A stretch of 43,794 nt of DNA from a virus (Duplodnaviria > Caudoviricetes). The stretch is taken from IMG/VR virus record IMGVR_UViG_3300033513_000019, positions 1 to 43,794 of that record. One strand, 5' to 3'. Under the pieces are notes generated by a model. It worked only from the letters and a program-made list of their open reading frames with translations, did not search any database and was not told the origin of the DNA. How positions within the stretch are numbered: position 1 is the stretch's first letter; each line of letters opens with the position of its first letter. This document shows positions 24,775 to 35,035 of this stretch, piece after piece. The translations under genes were made by a program, and so were the position numbers.

Positions 24775-25850
24775 GTGATCGCCCCCGGAGCCATGATCTC
24801 ATCCTTCGGGATCGTGTACGAGGTTACGCCCGAGCCGATGCCGGTGATCGCGAGCGTAATGCTCGTCGCGGTCGCGCCGCATGCGTGGACGATGCCCCAT
24901 ATCGCCGCGAGGCTTATCACGTCGGTCGGGCCTGCGTCGTCGGCGTACTGGCGCGGATATGCCGCGTAGCAATACGCCTGCCAGGCCGCGACGATGGCGG
25001 CCTTCGTGGTCGCGTCGGAAGGCGAGAGCCCGCCGATGGTCAGCGAAGCCGTGCGCTCTTCGGCCGCGAGAGCGACGACGGTCGCGCAGAGCGGGCGGCG
25101 TGCTGGGCTTTGGAGATAGGCTTCGATTTCGTCGAGCTTCGTCGAGCCCGGAAGGCGAGCGGAGCCGGTGAGGGCGACGAGCGGGTAGACGACGACATCC
25201 GTCCCGACAAGGTCGACGATAGCCTTGACTACGCCAGCAACTTCCATCGCCCAGGCTACATAGTCGCCCGTCGCTCCGCCCTGCGGCTGGCGTTTCATGC
25301 GCTCGATGATCCGAGCGCGGAATTCTTCCGTTGTTTCTGCGTCCTCGCCCGTGACGACCGTCGAGGCGATGACTGCGCCCGTTACTCCGGGGACCGGAGA
25401 GGGAAGGGTGAGTGCCGTGGCATTTGCCTGCGTCGTGTCGTCTCCCGAGGTGAGACATTCGATCTCGGCGGTCGCGACGCCTCCGGCTATCGTGACGAGC
25501 GCGACTTGTTGGTAGACGAAGGAGCCGACATTCCAGAGCGTGCCGGCTGGGACGGCCGTGTCGTCGTCGCCGGAAATCGTGATCGTATGTATCGCCGCGA
25601 CGCTGGCGCGCAGGGTGATGCCGTAGCGCTCGCCGATGAGGATGAGGGCGGCGAGTTCCGCCGTGCTCGGGAAAATCTGGCGGTATGCCCAGGCAATGAG
25701 CCGGTAGAGGAGCGAGAGCGGGCCGGCCAAAGCTCCGGCGAGGACGCGGACGAAGGCGACGGGGAGGATCGGGACGGTCTGTCCAATGGCGCCCTCGATA
25801 TCCGCTATGATTTGGGCCTTTATGGCGGCGGTGGTAGGCGGGGTGTACAC
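24765..25850 (-). CDS. Baseplate J-like protein (Mu gp47)
   Basis: QIFPSTA..GEDAETTEEFRARI..PQGGATGDYVAWA. Confidence 0.9.
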   Translation of the reverse strand: MYTPPTTAAIKAQIIADIEGAIGQTVPILPVAFVRVLAGALAGPLSLLYRLIAWAYRQIFPSTAELAALILIGERYGITLRASVAAIHTITISGDDDTAVPAGTLWNVGSFVYQQVALVTIAGGVATAEIECLTSGDDTTQANATALTLPSPVPGVTGAVIASTVVTGEDAETTEEFRARIIERMKRQPQGGATGDYVAWAMEVAGVVKAIVDLVGTDVVVYPLVALTGSARLPGSTKLDEIEAYLQSPARRPLCATVVALAAEERTASLTIGGLSPSDATTKAAIVAAWQAYCYAAYPRQYADDAGPTDVISLAAIWGIVHACGATATSITLAITGIGSGVTSYTIPKDEIMAPGAITWA

Positions 25851-26251
25851 TAGAGGGCCTCCTTCATGGCGTGCCACGGGATCTCGTAGCGGCGGTTTTC
25901 AGCCTTCATCTTTCCGGGCTCAGAGATGACGACGGAGAGCGTGAGCATGCCGGGCTGGGGGATCTCCGCGTCGACTTCGATTTCCGAGGCGATGCCCTTG
26001 TCCTTGAGCCAGGCGAGCGCGCGTTTTGCTTCCTCGATGGCGTTGATGCGGGTCGCGTTCGTGAGCGCCGAGTCGTCGAGAAGGCCTAGGTCGGAGCCGA
26101 TTGCCGGGTCGCCCCACCATCCGCGATCCGTGAAAAGCGAGAGGTACACCGCCGTCCAAAGGCCGCCGTCCATATCCGGCTGTCCGCCATGAAATACGAG
26201 CGCGCCGCCATCGTCGGTATGATAGACTTTCGGGTCGCCGTAGTAGTCCAT
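25850..26251 (-). CDS. Mu gp46-like baseplate protein
   Basis: GLWTAVYLSLFTD RGWWGD..GS.L..EAKRALAWL. Confidence 0.85.
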   Translation of the reverse strand: MDYYGDPKVYHTDDGGALVFHGGQPDMDGGLWTAVYLSLFTDRGWWGDPAIGSDLGLLDDSALTNATRINAIEEAKRALAWLKDKGIASEIEVDAEIPQPGMLTLSVVISEPGKMKAENRRYEIPWHAMKEAL

Positions 26252-26254
26252 TGG

Positions 26255-26770
26255 CTAGTCCTTGAGGAGGAGCGCGAGCTGGGCCTTGTAGGCCGTGACG
26301 GACGCCGCGAGAGTAGCGGCGGCCCCTACGAGTACGGCGTCCGGCGAGGTGGCGCACGTCGTGCAAAAAGCGGAGAGCGCGGTCGAGAGCGAGTCCATAA
26401 TCGTCTTGAGGGATTGCGTGGCGTTTGAGAGTTTTACCTTTCCGAGGTTGTCCACTTCGACGCGAGCCTTGACGGTTTTTCCGTCCTGACTTGTTGAAAA
26501 AAGTACGGTCCCGCCCTCTCCTGTCGTGATGACAATGTTGTAATTGTGCATCGCGACGATATAGCCGCTTCGACGCCCTTTCCCGACGGGAAGGAAAATT
26601 CCTCGCGTCCCTTTCGGCGGAACAGAAACGAGACCGGGGGCCTGGTAGATTTCCGCATTCAATCCGAGACCCCCGAGTCCCGTCCCTTCTAGGTTGAGCG
26701 CTACTCCCGGCCCGCCGTTGCGGTTTTCAAAGTAGGTTCTTACGGTTTTTACGAGTTCCGCTAAAGCCAT
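26255..26770 (-). CDS. Baseplate spike/assembly protein (Mu gp45-like)
   Basis: YQAPGLVSVPP..GEGGTVLFS; position. Confidence 0.7.
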   Translation of the reverse strand: MALAELVKTVRTYFENRNGGPGVALNLEGTGLGGLGLNAEIYQAPGLVSVPPKGTRGIFLPVGKGRRSGYIVAMHNYNIVITTGEGGTVLFSTSQDGKTVKARVEVDNLGKVKLSNATQSLKTIMDSLSTALSAFCTTCATSPDAVLVGAAATLAASVTAYKAQLALLLKD

Positions 26771-27801
26771 CGCGGCTCCTTCGGCTGTACGCCTGCATAA
26801 AGCTCGCGCGGCACGAGGGAGAGCGAGGTCACGAGGCCATCGCCGACGGAGAGCGTCATCGTCGCGTGATTTATGAGCCAGGCGGTCTTGTCGTAGAGCA
26901 TAGCGCTCGGGGCCTTGAGGTTGACGACTTGGCGCTCGGCCCACCGGCCGCCGTCCGGGCGTCGCCATCCGGCAACGCTGGCGGGGATGGCGAGCGCCTG
27001 CGCGAGAGCGTCCGCGCGCGCTCGGGCGGCCGTTTCGCTCGGGTCCGTGTCGGTCTCTTTTGCGGAGAGGCACCGGGGTCGGAAGATCGCGACGCCGGAG
27101 TCGGAGGCCGAGCCGAGGATATCTTCGGCCGCGAATTGCGAAGCGACCTTGTAGCGGGAGAAGCGCTTCGAGCCATCGTAGGATGCGCCGACGGACAAGA
27201 GCGGGTGGCGGCCCTCTTCGAGTTCGGCGGAGGGCGTTTTCGTAAGATGAGAAGCACCGGACGAGATTACGAGCTTGCCGTCGAAGGACGAATTCAAGAG
27301 GATGTTTCGCGGGGACGCGAGACTGTTCAGGTAATCGCCGACGGTCTGGCCGTACTCTGCGCGGGTCTCGGGGATCGGGAGCATGAGTTCCGGGCAGTCG
27401 ACGCGGACCTGCACGCCAAAGGGCTTGGCGTACTTGCGCGCGATATCAGAGAGGGCGAGGCCGGAGTTTTCCGTCTCGTCGTCAATCGAGCAATCGCAGA
27501 GGATTCCGGGCTTGCTTCGGCCTTCGATGGTCACGATGCGGCCCGATGCATTGAGACCGGGCGTTACCTTGTCGACGGTCCCGGAGAGCTGGATGTCGTC
27601 GCCGAGGTAAATCTGGACCGGCTGATATCCGAAGGGACGGAAGAGGCGGCGCAAGGTCGCGTTGTCGGGATTCCAGGGGCAGGTGATCGAGAAGCCGTCG
27701 GCGATCTGGTCCGCGCCCATGTCGATGGTCACGCCGTCGCGAAAATTGGAAAGTTCCTTGCCTTCGATGACGACGCGGACGAGGTTCGAGTCACGGGGCA
27801 T
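26761..27801 (-). CDS. Baseplate hub (Mu gp44/gpP-like)
   Basis: GRSKPGILCDCS, RFSRYKV, GWRRPDGGRW. Confidence 0.85.
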   Translation of the reverse strand: MPRDSNLVRVVIEGKELSNFRDGVTIDMGADQIADGFSITCPWNPDNATLRRLFRPFGYQPVQIYLGDDIQLSGTVDKVTPGLNASGRIVTIEGRSKPGILCDCSIDDETENSGLALSDIARKYAKPFGVQVRVDCPELMLPIPETRAEYGQTVGDYLNSLASPRNILLNSSFDGKLVISSGASHLTKTPSAELEEGRHPLLSVGASYDGSKRFSRYKVASQFAAEDILGSASDSGVAIFRPRCLSAKETDTDPSETAARARADALAQALAIPASVAGWRRPDGGRWAERQVVNLKAPSAMLYDKTAWLINHATMTLSVGDGLVTSLSLVPRELYAGVQPKEPRWL

Positions 27802-29005
27802 AGTAGCGCACCTCCGTCCCGCGCGGGATGACGATCATGCCTCCGAAGCCGTTCAAGTCGTTGATCTCGTCCATGCGCTCCGGGTCTCCGAGGAGTTTCC
27901 AGGCGAGGTTGATCGCGGTCGAGTCGCCTTCGAGCGTCTTCATGCGCTCGGTAGGCAGGGTGTAGGATTTTTCGAGGAGATAGGCGCTGGCGTTCGTCCT
28001 GAGTTCCGCGAGGGCCGCGAGCGTCACGGGGTCCGTTATGTAGCCGAGAGCCTCGACGGCCTGGATGCCGGCCTCGGCCTCCAGTATGGCCGCGTTCATA
28101 GCGTCGCGGGCCGCTATGGCGTCCGCGCGAGAAGTGAGAGTCCCGACGGTCACGGCCTCGGCGGTCGCGAGCCCGAGGCCGAGGAGGTTAAGCGCCACGG
28201 CGGCTGCCTCGCCCGAGGCCATGCTGTCCACGATGTAGTCGATGGCCGAGCCGATGAGCGCCGCGTAGCCGTCGACCTTTGCCTTGACGCCAAGGGCCGC
28301 GCGGGCCGGGGAGCGGACGAGCTGGATCGAAGAGACGGCGAGGGAGTACGGCGCCGCCATAAGTGTGTCGATGCTGCGCTCAATGCTGTCGCCGAGGGCT
28401 TCGATCTCGCGCCGGGTTTCGTCGATCGAGGAGGCTACGGCCGCGAGTTTTACCTGAGCGGCGCGAACGTTCGCGAGGGCCGTGCGCTCCATTTTCGCGG
28501 CCTTGGCGGCGTCGTTCGCGACCATCTGCGCGCTGGCCTCCAGGGCGGCGAGGTCGGCCATGGCGTCGGCGGCGGACTGGATCGCGGCGTCGGTCGATGA
28601 GGAGACGACGAGAGCCTCGGCCTCGGGGGCGTGGACGAATTCGACCTTGATGATGCTCGCGCCCATGTTGTCGACGAAGCCCTCGGACTGGGAGACGGAG
28701 GTCGCGAGGACGCGGAGGTCGCCCCAGCGAGGATGCGCGAGGATGCCAGGGCCGCGCTCGCCGAGGGCGTCGAAGAAGCGGTCGGCCGGGATCTGGTAGT
28801 CTTTCCCGACGTAGTAAAGCGTCATCGGGAAGCGTTGCGCCTCGTTCCCGTTGTCCTGCACGTCGGCAAAGTTCGCCTGCGGGATTTCGTGGATCGCGAC
28901 CTTTTTCCCGCGCGAGCGCTCCAGGTCGTCCCATAGAGGCGTAAAAACCGCGCCCGAGGGAGCGGTGTATTTCAGTTCGCGGAGGCTTTCGAGGTAGCTC
29001 ACCAC
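27791..29005 (-). CDS. Mu-like DNA circularization/tail protein
   Basis: GKKVAIHEIP..VQDNG..GPGILAHPRWG; C-terminal LysM-like segment. Confidence 0.85.
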   Translation of the reverse strand: MVSYLESLRELKYTAPSGAVFTPLWDDLERSRGKKVAIHEIPQANFADVQDNGNEAQRFPMTLYYVGKDYQIPADRFFDALGERGPGILAHPRWGDLRVLATSVSQSEGFVDNMGASIIKVEFVHAPEAEALVVSSSTDAAIQSAADAMADLAALEASAQMVANDAAKAAKMERTALANVRAAQVKLAAVASSIDETRREIEALGDSIERSIDTLMAAPYSLAVSSIQLVRSPARAALGVKAKVDGYAALIGSAIDYIVDSMASGEAAAVALNLLGLGLATAEAVTVGTLTSRADAIAARDAMNAAILEAEAGIQAVEALGYITDPVTLAALAELRTNASAYLLEKSYTLPTERMKTLEGDSTAINLAWKLLGDPERMDEINDLNGFGGMIVIPRGTEVRYYAP

Positions 29006-30513
29006 GTAGCTCCTGCGTTGAGCGGTGCGGTCTGGCCGAGGTTCAAGCTCACGCCGGGCGCCGCGCCGCGCTGGCGGGCCGCTACGCTCGATCCGGGTGC
29101 GGCAGAGACATTGAGGTCGACGGTGGACTTGCTCTCGCTATACGCGCGGGATTCGAGTCCGGCGGCTTGCGGGGAGACGGGCGTCGAGTATTTTCCGGCG
29201 GCGGCGTTCTCGGCGTTCATTCCGGCGGCGTATTCCTTTGAGAGGGCTATCATGGTCTTGTTTCCCGTGAGCGCGCCGATGAGCTTAGTCGCTTCGTAGA
29301 GCGGCTTGAGAAGCATCGCCATGATTGTATGGCCGAGGCTCTTCATGCCTTCAGCGAAGCCTCCGTCCTTGAATGCGGCATTAAGAGCGTTCCAGTTTTG
29401 CGCAAGCTGTCCGATGGCAAGGACCGCTCCGCCTATCGGACCCATGGAGAGCGACATGAGAGCGCCCCAGTCTTTCCAGTTTTTTTGAACGAGGATGAGC
29501 CAGCCGATGAGCGCGGCAATGGCAAGGATGATGAGGCCGATGGGGTTCGCGCTCATGGCGATATTCCAGGCCCATTGCGCGGCGGTCGTGGCGACCATGG
29601 CAATCTGGATGCCCTTAAAAACCGCGACTCCCGCAAGGATGGCCGGGATGAGGCCGGACTTCCAGAGCTTGACAATGATCCCCGCACCCTTGCCGATGGC
29701 CCTGAAGGTCTGGTCGATGCGTAAATTGATGAGATCCTTGTTCGCCGCAACCCAGTCCGTCATGCTCTTTACGACGGGAACGAGCTTGACCGCGACTTTT
29801 GCGAGAACGTTATTGATGAGGCCCATGCCCGAGACCTTGAGGCTCTTGATCGCGTCGTCCATGGCGGACGCGGCGGCGACTTCCTCATCGGTCATGATTG
29901 CGCCGGCCGAGTGCGCTTTTTTGCGCGCTTCGGCGAGGCCGTTCATCATGGGGATGAGTTCCTGGCCGGACTTCCCGAAGGCGGCCTGCGCGAGGGCCGC
30001 GCGTTTTTGCGCGTTTGTTTCCTTGTCGATGGCGGACGCGATCATGGCGAAGGCGTCGTCGGTGTTTTTCGCGTTCTTGAGTTGGCGGGCGAGTTGTGGA
30101 TTCGTTTTCGCGAGCGTGGTATAGAGTGCGCCGGTCCCGGTCTGGAGTTGGCCGAGACTATTATTCAGCTTTTTCGACGCGCTGGCGAAGGCTTCCTGCT
30201 CTACGTCGGCCATCTTCGCGGCATAGGAAAGCTCCTGGTACGCCTGCGCCGTGAGGCCGAGAATCGAGGCATTGCGCGCGATGTCGTCTCCGCGCGAGGC
30301 GAAGTCCTGCATGGCCTTGGCGGCGGCGCCGGTGGTGATAGCGGCGACGGCTCCGACGAGGGCGCCCTTGAGGAAGCCGGCGGTTTTGCCGATGCCGGAA
30401 AGCGCCTTGTCTGAGGTTTTCCCGAAGAGCGAGACGTTTTGCCGCATCGTCTTGACGGGGCCGGAGAGGCGGTCGGCGGCTTCAAAAATTGACCAGATCG
30501 TGAATTTAGACAA
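28999..30513 (-). CDS. Tape measure protein
   Basis: Ala-rich, ALAQAAFGKSGQELIPM, AQWAWNIAMSANPIG. Confidence 0.88.
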   Translation of the reverse strand: MSKFTIWSIFEAADRLSGPVKTMRQNVSLFGKTSDKALSGIGKTAGFLKGALVGAVAAITTGAAAKAMQDFASRGDDIARNASILGLTAQAYQELSYAAKMADVEQEAFASASKKLNNSLGQLQTGTGALYTTLAKTNPQLARQLKNAKNTDDAFAMIASAIDKETNAQKRAALAQAAFGKSGQELIPMMNGLAEARKKAHSAGAIMTDEEVAAASAMDDAIKSLKVSGMGLINNVLAKVAVKLVPVVKSMTDWVAANKDLINLRIDQTFRAIGKGAGIIVKLWKSGLIPAILAGVAVFKGIQIAMVATTAAQWAWNIAMSANPIGLIILAIAALIGWLILVQKNWKDWGALMSLSMGPIGGAVLAIGQLAQNWNALNAAFKDGGFAEGMKSLGHTIMAMLLKPLYEATKLIGALTGNKTMIALSKEYAAGMNAENAAAGKYSTPVSPQAAGLESRAYSESKSTVDLNVSAAPGSSVAARQRGAAPGVSLNLGQTAPLNAGATW

Positions 30514-30697
30514 CCGCCCCTCCTTGTGCTTTCACGATTGCGTTGTGCTCTTCGGTACACATATAGTCATGGCCTCTATACCAGAATCGCAGGTCGGAAA
30601 GCCCGAGCGACTCCGTTTTTTCTATATCCGAGAAGCGAGCCGCGACCGACCAAAGCATCCGGTCGAGGTACTCGCCCTCGCCTAGCCGAAAAAACCC
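30506..30697 (-). CDS. -1 frameshift extension of the tail assembly chaperone (gpGT-like)
   Basis: Slippery G GGT TTT at 30697-30691; -1 frame continues FRLGEGEY..LSDLRFWY. Confidence 0.7.
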   Translation of the reverse strand, partial: GFFRLGEGEYLDRMLWSVAARFSDIEKTESLGLSDLRFWYRGHDYMCTEEHNAIVKAQGGAVV

Positions 30698-31092
30698 AGG
30701 CAGGCCGCCAGCACTCCGATGTCGCGTTGCTTTAGCTCCTCGACGATGGCGATGGGCTGGCCGGTGACGTAGCCGATGAGGAGAAGCGAGGCTTCCATCT
30801 CGTCGCGCTTTCCCTTCGTCGCGTCGCGAAGCTGGCCGCCCGTCGGCTCGCGGAGCGTGACCTCGGTGATCGTGCTCTTCTCGCGCTCGATGGGGGCCTT
30901 GAGCCGGTAGGTGAAAAAGCACTTCGCAGAGTCGAAGACGAGGCGGCCCTCGACGAGCGCGGCCCTTACGACCTCGCGCTCACCTTCCTTGAGCTTTGCG
31001 CCCAGGGCTTCGCAGATTCCGTCGATCTCGATGTCGGCCGCTTCGGGCGCGATTTTTTCGCTTTCGCTCTTCTTCTGGAAAAAGAAACTCAT
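30682..31092 (-). CDS. Tail assembly chaperone (gpG/TAC-like)
   Basis: YRLKAPI..EVTLREPTGGQL..GFF at the C-terminus; between tube and tape measure. Confidence 0.8.
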   Translation of the reverse strand: MSFFFQKKSESEKIAPEAADIEIDGICEALGAKLKEGEREVVRAALVEGRLVFDSAKCFFTYRLKAPIEREKSTITEVTLREPTGGQLRDATKGKRDEMEASLLLIGYVTGQPIAIVEELKQRDIGVLAACLGFFG

Positions 31093-31463
31093 ATCTGCTC
31101 CAGCCTCTCGCCGCGATGCACGATGGTCGCCGTTCCCTTCGCGGTGTTTTCCTTGACCTCTTCGACGCCCATGCTCCCGGCCCAGGCCGAGCCGTCCGCC
31201 TTCGTGAAGTTCAGCGGGTAGGCGTCGCCCGAGTCGCGCTTCGCCTGGAGGTACTCCAGGTCTCCGCGCGCGCTGTCGAGGTGGACTTCGATTCCCTCGA
31301 TGCTCGCAAGCTGGCGTTTCTGGACGGCGTGCATCGCGCCATTGCCGCCCGGCTTGAACTCGTTCGCGAAGCCGCTCGGAGTGATCTCGAAGTCGCACTC
31401 CGTCGCCACGGAAAACTCGCGACCGCCGTAAACGTACTGGCGTATATCTCCGCCTTTAGCCAT
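31089..31463 (-). CDS. Tail tube protein
   Basis: 124 aa, directly after the sheath. Confidence 0.75.
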   Translation of the reverse strand: MAKGGDIRQYVYGGREFSVATECDFEITPSGFANEFKPGGNGAMHAVQKRQLASIEGIEVHLDSARGDLEYLQAKRDSGDAYPLNFTKADGSAWAGSMGVEEVKENTAKGTATIVHRGERLEQI

Positions 31464-31475
31464 GATGCCCCTCCC

Positions 31476-32969
31476 TTACTCGGCGGTCGTCGGAGCGTAG
31501 AAGCTCCAGGCGACTTTGCCCGCGATGATTCTTAGCCCGGCGGAGAACACGTCCGGGATGCTGATGTCGATGCGTCCGGGGTTTCCCACGTTGATCTCGC
31601 AGACGATGCCCGCGACCACGGTGTCCCGGTTTTTCGTGAGGCCGAGCGCAACCCAGAGCTCGTCGATGAGCTTGATCGCGTATGCCTTGACCGTGTTCGG
31701 CCGGAGGACGTAGTCCTTGCCCGAGGGCGTCGCGTCATCCACGACGATGGCGTCCGAGAAGGGCGCGGCGCCGAAAAGCGCGTCGAGACTGTAGAGCTTC
31801 GTTTGCCAGTTCCCGAGCCAGTCGGCGAAGCGGTAAGTCGAATCCGCCGTGCCCTGCGCGTTGCGCTTGTAGGTCGTGGCGAAGTCGATCATCTGGACCG
31901 TTCCGTCGGGCAGGGCGCGGGTCGTGGAGCCGCCGAGCTTGACCGTGTTGTCGTTGTCGAGGTAGGTCCACTCGGCACCGGCTCCGGCGCGGATGCCGGT
32001 CAGGGCGCGGTAGCGCATCGGCGTGCCGGGCTGGAGGCCCTGGCGGTTGCCGTAGAGCGCGCCAGCGACGGCCGCGATCTCCAGGGAGAGGCTCGGCGAG
32101 TCTTCGACGGGCACCCAGGACGCGAAGGGGGAATTCCGAGCGGTGACGGCGGCCTGGTAGTTGGCCTTCGTCCCGGTGTAGCCGAAGACGGCCAAGAAGG
32201 GCTTCTTGACTCCGGCTCCGGCGCGGACGAGGGCGGCGGCTTCGATGTCGGTGATCGCGGTCGCGTCCTGGTAGGGGTTCGCTATCGCGGTGTACCACGT
32301 CCCGCCGAGGGCCGCGAGGGCGGTGGCGAGGGCGGGATTGTTTGCGCCGGTCGCCATGGCCGTGATTGTCACGGTGACGGCGGCAGGCTCTGCGGCGAGG
32401 TCTCCCGAGTCGAGATCCTGCTGGATGCGGATGTCGTTTCCGGTCGCTCCGGGCCACTTCGCGGTCAGGGTGACGGTGTCCGTCGACACGCTCGCGGTCA
32501 CGGGCAGATCGAGAGCGGCGTCGATAGCGGCCTCGATGGCGGCGGCGACTTCATTCACCGTGTCATCGGCGGCAACGGCGACGCTGATTTTCTGGCCGCC
32601 GATGAAGATGGCCATGGTCCCGGCGGCGCTCGGCGCGTGCGTGACCTGGATGGATCCGACGGCGGCGACTCCGGTACCGGCGGGGGCCAGCGGCACGGCG
32701 TAGAGCTTGAGATACGGCGCGGCGGCGCGGGCCTTCTTGAGCATGAGGTGGAGCATGGAGCCCTGGCCGTATGCGGCGATATCCTCGGCCTCGGACGAGC
32801 TGAGGGCCGGGACGTTGGCCGTCGGCGACTTGCCCGAATTGTACTGGCCGAGAATGGCGAGGCGGTGCTCGATGAGCAGAGCCCCGAGGCTGACCTGCTT
32901 GCCTTCCTCTTCCAGGAAGACGGCAGAGGCGGCGGCGGTAGCGGGGACCTGGTTAAACGTTATGGACAC
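31476..32969 (-). CDS. Tail sheath protein (Mu gpL-like)
   Basis: MSITFNQVP, YGQGSMLHLM, LPVTASV..VTLTAKWPGATGN. Confidence 0.9.
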   Translation of the reverse strand: MSITFNQVPATAAASAVFLEEEGKQVSLGALLIEHRLAILGQYNSGKSPTANVPALSSSEAEDIAAYGQGSMLHLMLKKARAAAPYLKLYAVPLAPAGTGVAAVGSIQVTHAPSAAGTMAIFIGGQKISVAVAADDTVNEVAAAIEAAIDAALDLPVTASVSTDTVTLTAKWPGATGNDIRIQQDLDSGDLAAEPAAVTVTITAMATGANNPALATALAALGGTWYTAIANPYQDATAITDIEAAALVRAGAGVKKPFLAVFGYTGTKANYQAAVTARNSPFASWVPVEDSPSLSLEIAAVAGALYGNRQGLQPGTPMRYRALTGIRAGAGAEWTYLDNDNTVKLGGSTTRALPDGTVQMIDFATTYKRNAQGTADSTYRFADWLGNWQTKLYSLDALFGAAPFSDAIVVDDATPSGKDYVLRPNTVKAYAIKLIDELWVALGLTKNRDTVVAGIVCEINVGNPGRIDISIPDVFSAGLRIIAGKVAWSFYAPTTAE

Positions 32970-32979
32970 GACTTACCTC

Positions 32980-33549
32980 CTAGGTAAAGTTATAGAGAGC
33001 GGCCCACGCGCCGCATGTGGCCTGCAAAGCGGTAAGGTCTTGCGAAGTCGCGGACTCGCTAGCCTTCCACGAATAGTCGAGGGTAAAGTCCCAGGCGCCC
33101 GCGAGAAAGGTCAGCTCGAAATCGGCGTCGTCAAATTCGATTTTTGACCATCCGGTCGGCTGGAATTTGAGAATGCGGCCGACCGCGAGACCCTGGTCGT
33201 GCGTCGTGAGATAGAGCGCGGCGGCGCGGGCTTGTTCGCGTAGGTAGTAATAGCGCGAAGCGGCGGCGGCCGAAAGTCCGGGGACGTAGCAGGCGACGCG
33301 GACCTTCGCCGAAAAATCGCGCTCCTCGATGTCGCCGCGAAGCATGGACTCGTCGGCGAGGGAGATGTCGACGAGCGGGCGGGTCAGGTCTTCCCAGGCT
33401 TTCTGGCGGTCGCGCTCCAGGTCGAAATTCACGGCGTCGGCCATGGCCTGGCTTACAAGAAGCCGCTCGGCTACTTCCCGGTCACGCCATGCCTTCATGG
33501 CCGCGAGGAGGCCGTCGAGCGCCAGGTCGAGGTCGTCGCGCGCCTGCAT
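32980..33549 (-). CDS. Putative tail terminator/neck protein
   Basis: Position upstream of the sheath. Confidence 0.55.
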   Translation of the reverse strand: MQARDDLDLALDGLLAAMKAWRDREVAERLLVSQAMADAVNFDLERDRQKAWEDLTRPLVDISLADESMLRGDIEERDFSAKVRVACYVPGLSAAAASRYYYLREQARAAALYLTTHDQGLAVGRILKFQPTGWSKIEFDDADFELTFLAGAWDFTLDYSWKASESATSQDLTALQATCGAWAALYNFT

Positions 33550-33893
33550 TAGACGGTCCTCCGAAGGATGGAAGTCACGACGCCGAGCGAGCGGTCGAGC
33601 ATCGGCTTGTCGAGTTCGAGGGTCCGGCTTTTGATCGTGACTTTCCAGATCCCGCTCTTGAGCGTTTCGGTATCCGTAAGCCCGGCGGCTACGAGTTCCG
33701 CGAGGGAGATCGAGACGACGGACTTGTCGCCGATGACCGCGAAGCCTTCAGCGTCCTGGCTCACGCCGATATGCATGGCGAGGACGTGGCAGGCGTATGT
33801 AGTCGTGCCGTTCGGGGAGATGAGCGTCGCGGCCTCGCCGTCGTTTGTGAGAATCGTTTGATTGTCGGCGATGGCGAGGTCGAGGAGGCTCAT
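33549..33893 (-). CDS. Putative head-tail joining (head closure) protein
   Basis: Size, position, beta-rich; DRSLGVV motif. Confidence 0.6.
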   Translation of the reverse strand: MSLLDLAIADNQTILTNDGEAATLISPNGTTTYACHVLAMHIGVSQDAEGFAVIGDKSVVSISLAELVAAGLTDTETLKSGIWKVTIKSRTLELDKPMLDRSLGVVTSILRRTV

Positions 33894-33896
33894 GGG

Positions 33897-34061
33897 TTAC
33901 TTCGGGTCTCCGGGAACCTTGTTGTCCTCGGGAGCCTTTTCGCGCTCGTCTTCCTTGATCTTGCCGACGACTTTCCCGGCCTTTTTCCCTTCGAGTATCT
34001 TAGCGACCACGTCGCTCACGGCTCCCTCGAAGCCGTTCGCATATCTGAATTTTTTGCTCAT
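33897..34061 (-). CDS. Small charged protein (54 aa) after the capsid gene, not in ORF track
   Basis: MSKKFRYANGFEG..; RBS AGGAG. Confidence 0.55.
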   Translation of the reverse strand: MSKKFRYANGFEGAVSDVVAKILEGKKAGKVVGKIKEDEREKAPEDNKVPGDPK

Positions 34062-34075
34062 GCCTTCTCCTCTTG

Positions 34076-34116
34076 AAAAGCGGGGGCCATGCTGTCTCGC
34101 GACATTAGGCCCCCGC
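34076..34116 (-). terminator. Intrinsic terminator after the major capsid gene
   Basis: GCGGGGGCC/GGCCCCCGC stem with inner TGTC-GCGA-GACA, followed by TTTT. Confidence 0.6.
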
Positions 34117-34123
34117 GCAAGGC

Positions 34124-35023
34124 CTAGCTATTGACCGTCTTGACCGCGAGGTGCGGGAGGCCGTAGCCAGCGTTTCCGCGATAGTCGGCGGAGTAGACCC
34201 AGGTCTTCGTGAGGTTCTTTTTCTCCATGCGTCCGCGTCCGGTCTGGCGAGTGGAGAAAGCGAAGGGCTTCACGATCTCTTCGGTGGCGAGGAGATACCA
34301 GTCGGTCGCGTCGGCCGCGTCGAGCCTGGCGTCGCCGATGACCTGCATGCCCTTGTAGGGGTTGTAGACTCCGGCCACGCTCGCGCCCGGATCGGTATCG
34401 CTCTGGACGAGGCGCTTCCAGTTGCGCTCCTGTGCGACCGGGCAGTAGATGAGGTTCCCTTTGATGTTGAGAACCTCGCTCTGGTCGTCGGTGAACTTCG
34501 CCATCTGCACGAGAGCGGCGTTCAAGTCGGTTTCCATGTGGGCGAGGGTGTCGACGCCGGAGCCTCCGAGGAGGTTGTCGATGGCCCGCGCGCCCGAAGC
34601 GTCGGAGAAGAACGCGACGCCGTCGTAAGCGAGCCCCGACGTTCCGCCGGTCGCCAGCGCCGCGACGAGCTTCTCGGGGTGAGCGAGGAGCCGCTTCGCG
34701 AGGAGCGACGGGATCATGCGAAGGACCCCGACCTGGTCGTCCTCCACGTCGTTCTCGTTCACGGGAGCCGCGACGGCCCAGTCGAGGTTCTTGATGGTGT
34801 AGTCGTAGTCGGAGAAGTTCTTCGCGGAGAGTTCTCCGATCCACTGGGCGACGGCAGCCATCGCTCCGACCCAGCCCATTTTTTCATAGGCGGCGTTGGA
34901 CTCGATGCCCATGACCGCCGACATGAGGCCAGGGGCGAGCTGTCGGGCGGCGAAGAATTCGGCCATCTTCTGAGCGAAGGCCGCATTCAACCCTTTTTCG
35001 ATTACTACGGGATTAAAAGCCAT
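34124..35023 (-). CDS. Major capsid protein (Mu gpT-like HK97 fold)
   Basis: GWVG..QWIGE..YTIKN..EDDQVG..YDGVAFF..DWYLL..RGNAGYG. Confidence 0.9.
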   Translation of the reverse strand: MAFNPVVIEKGLNAAFAQKMAEFFAARQLAPGLMSAVMGIESNAAYEKMGWVGAMAAVAQWIGELSAKNFSDYDYTIKNLDWAVAAPVNENDVEDDQVGVLRMIPSLLAKRLLAHPEKLVAALATGGTSGLAYDGVAFFSDASGARAIDNLLGGSGVDTLAHMETDLNAALVQMAKFTDDQSEVLNIKGNLIYCPVAQERNWKRLVQSDTDPGASVAGVYNPYKGMQVIGDARLDAADATDWYLLATEEIVKPFAFSTRQTGRGRMEKKNLTKTWVYSADYRGNAGYGLPHLAVKTVNS

Positions 35024-35035
35024 GTGCTGGCCTCC

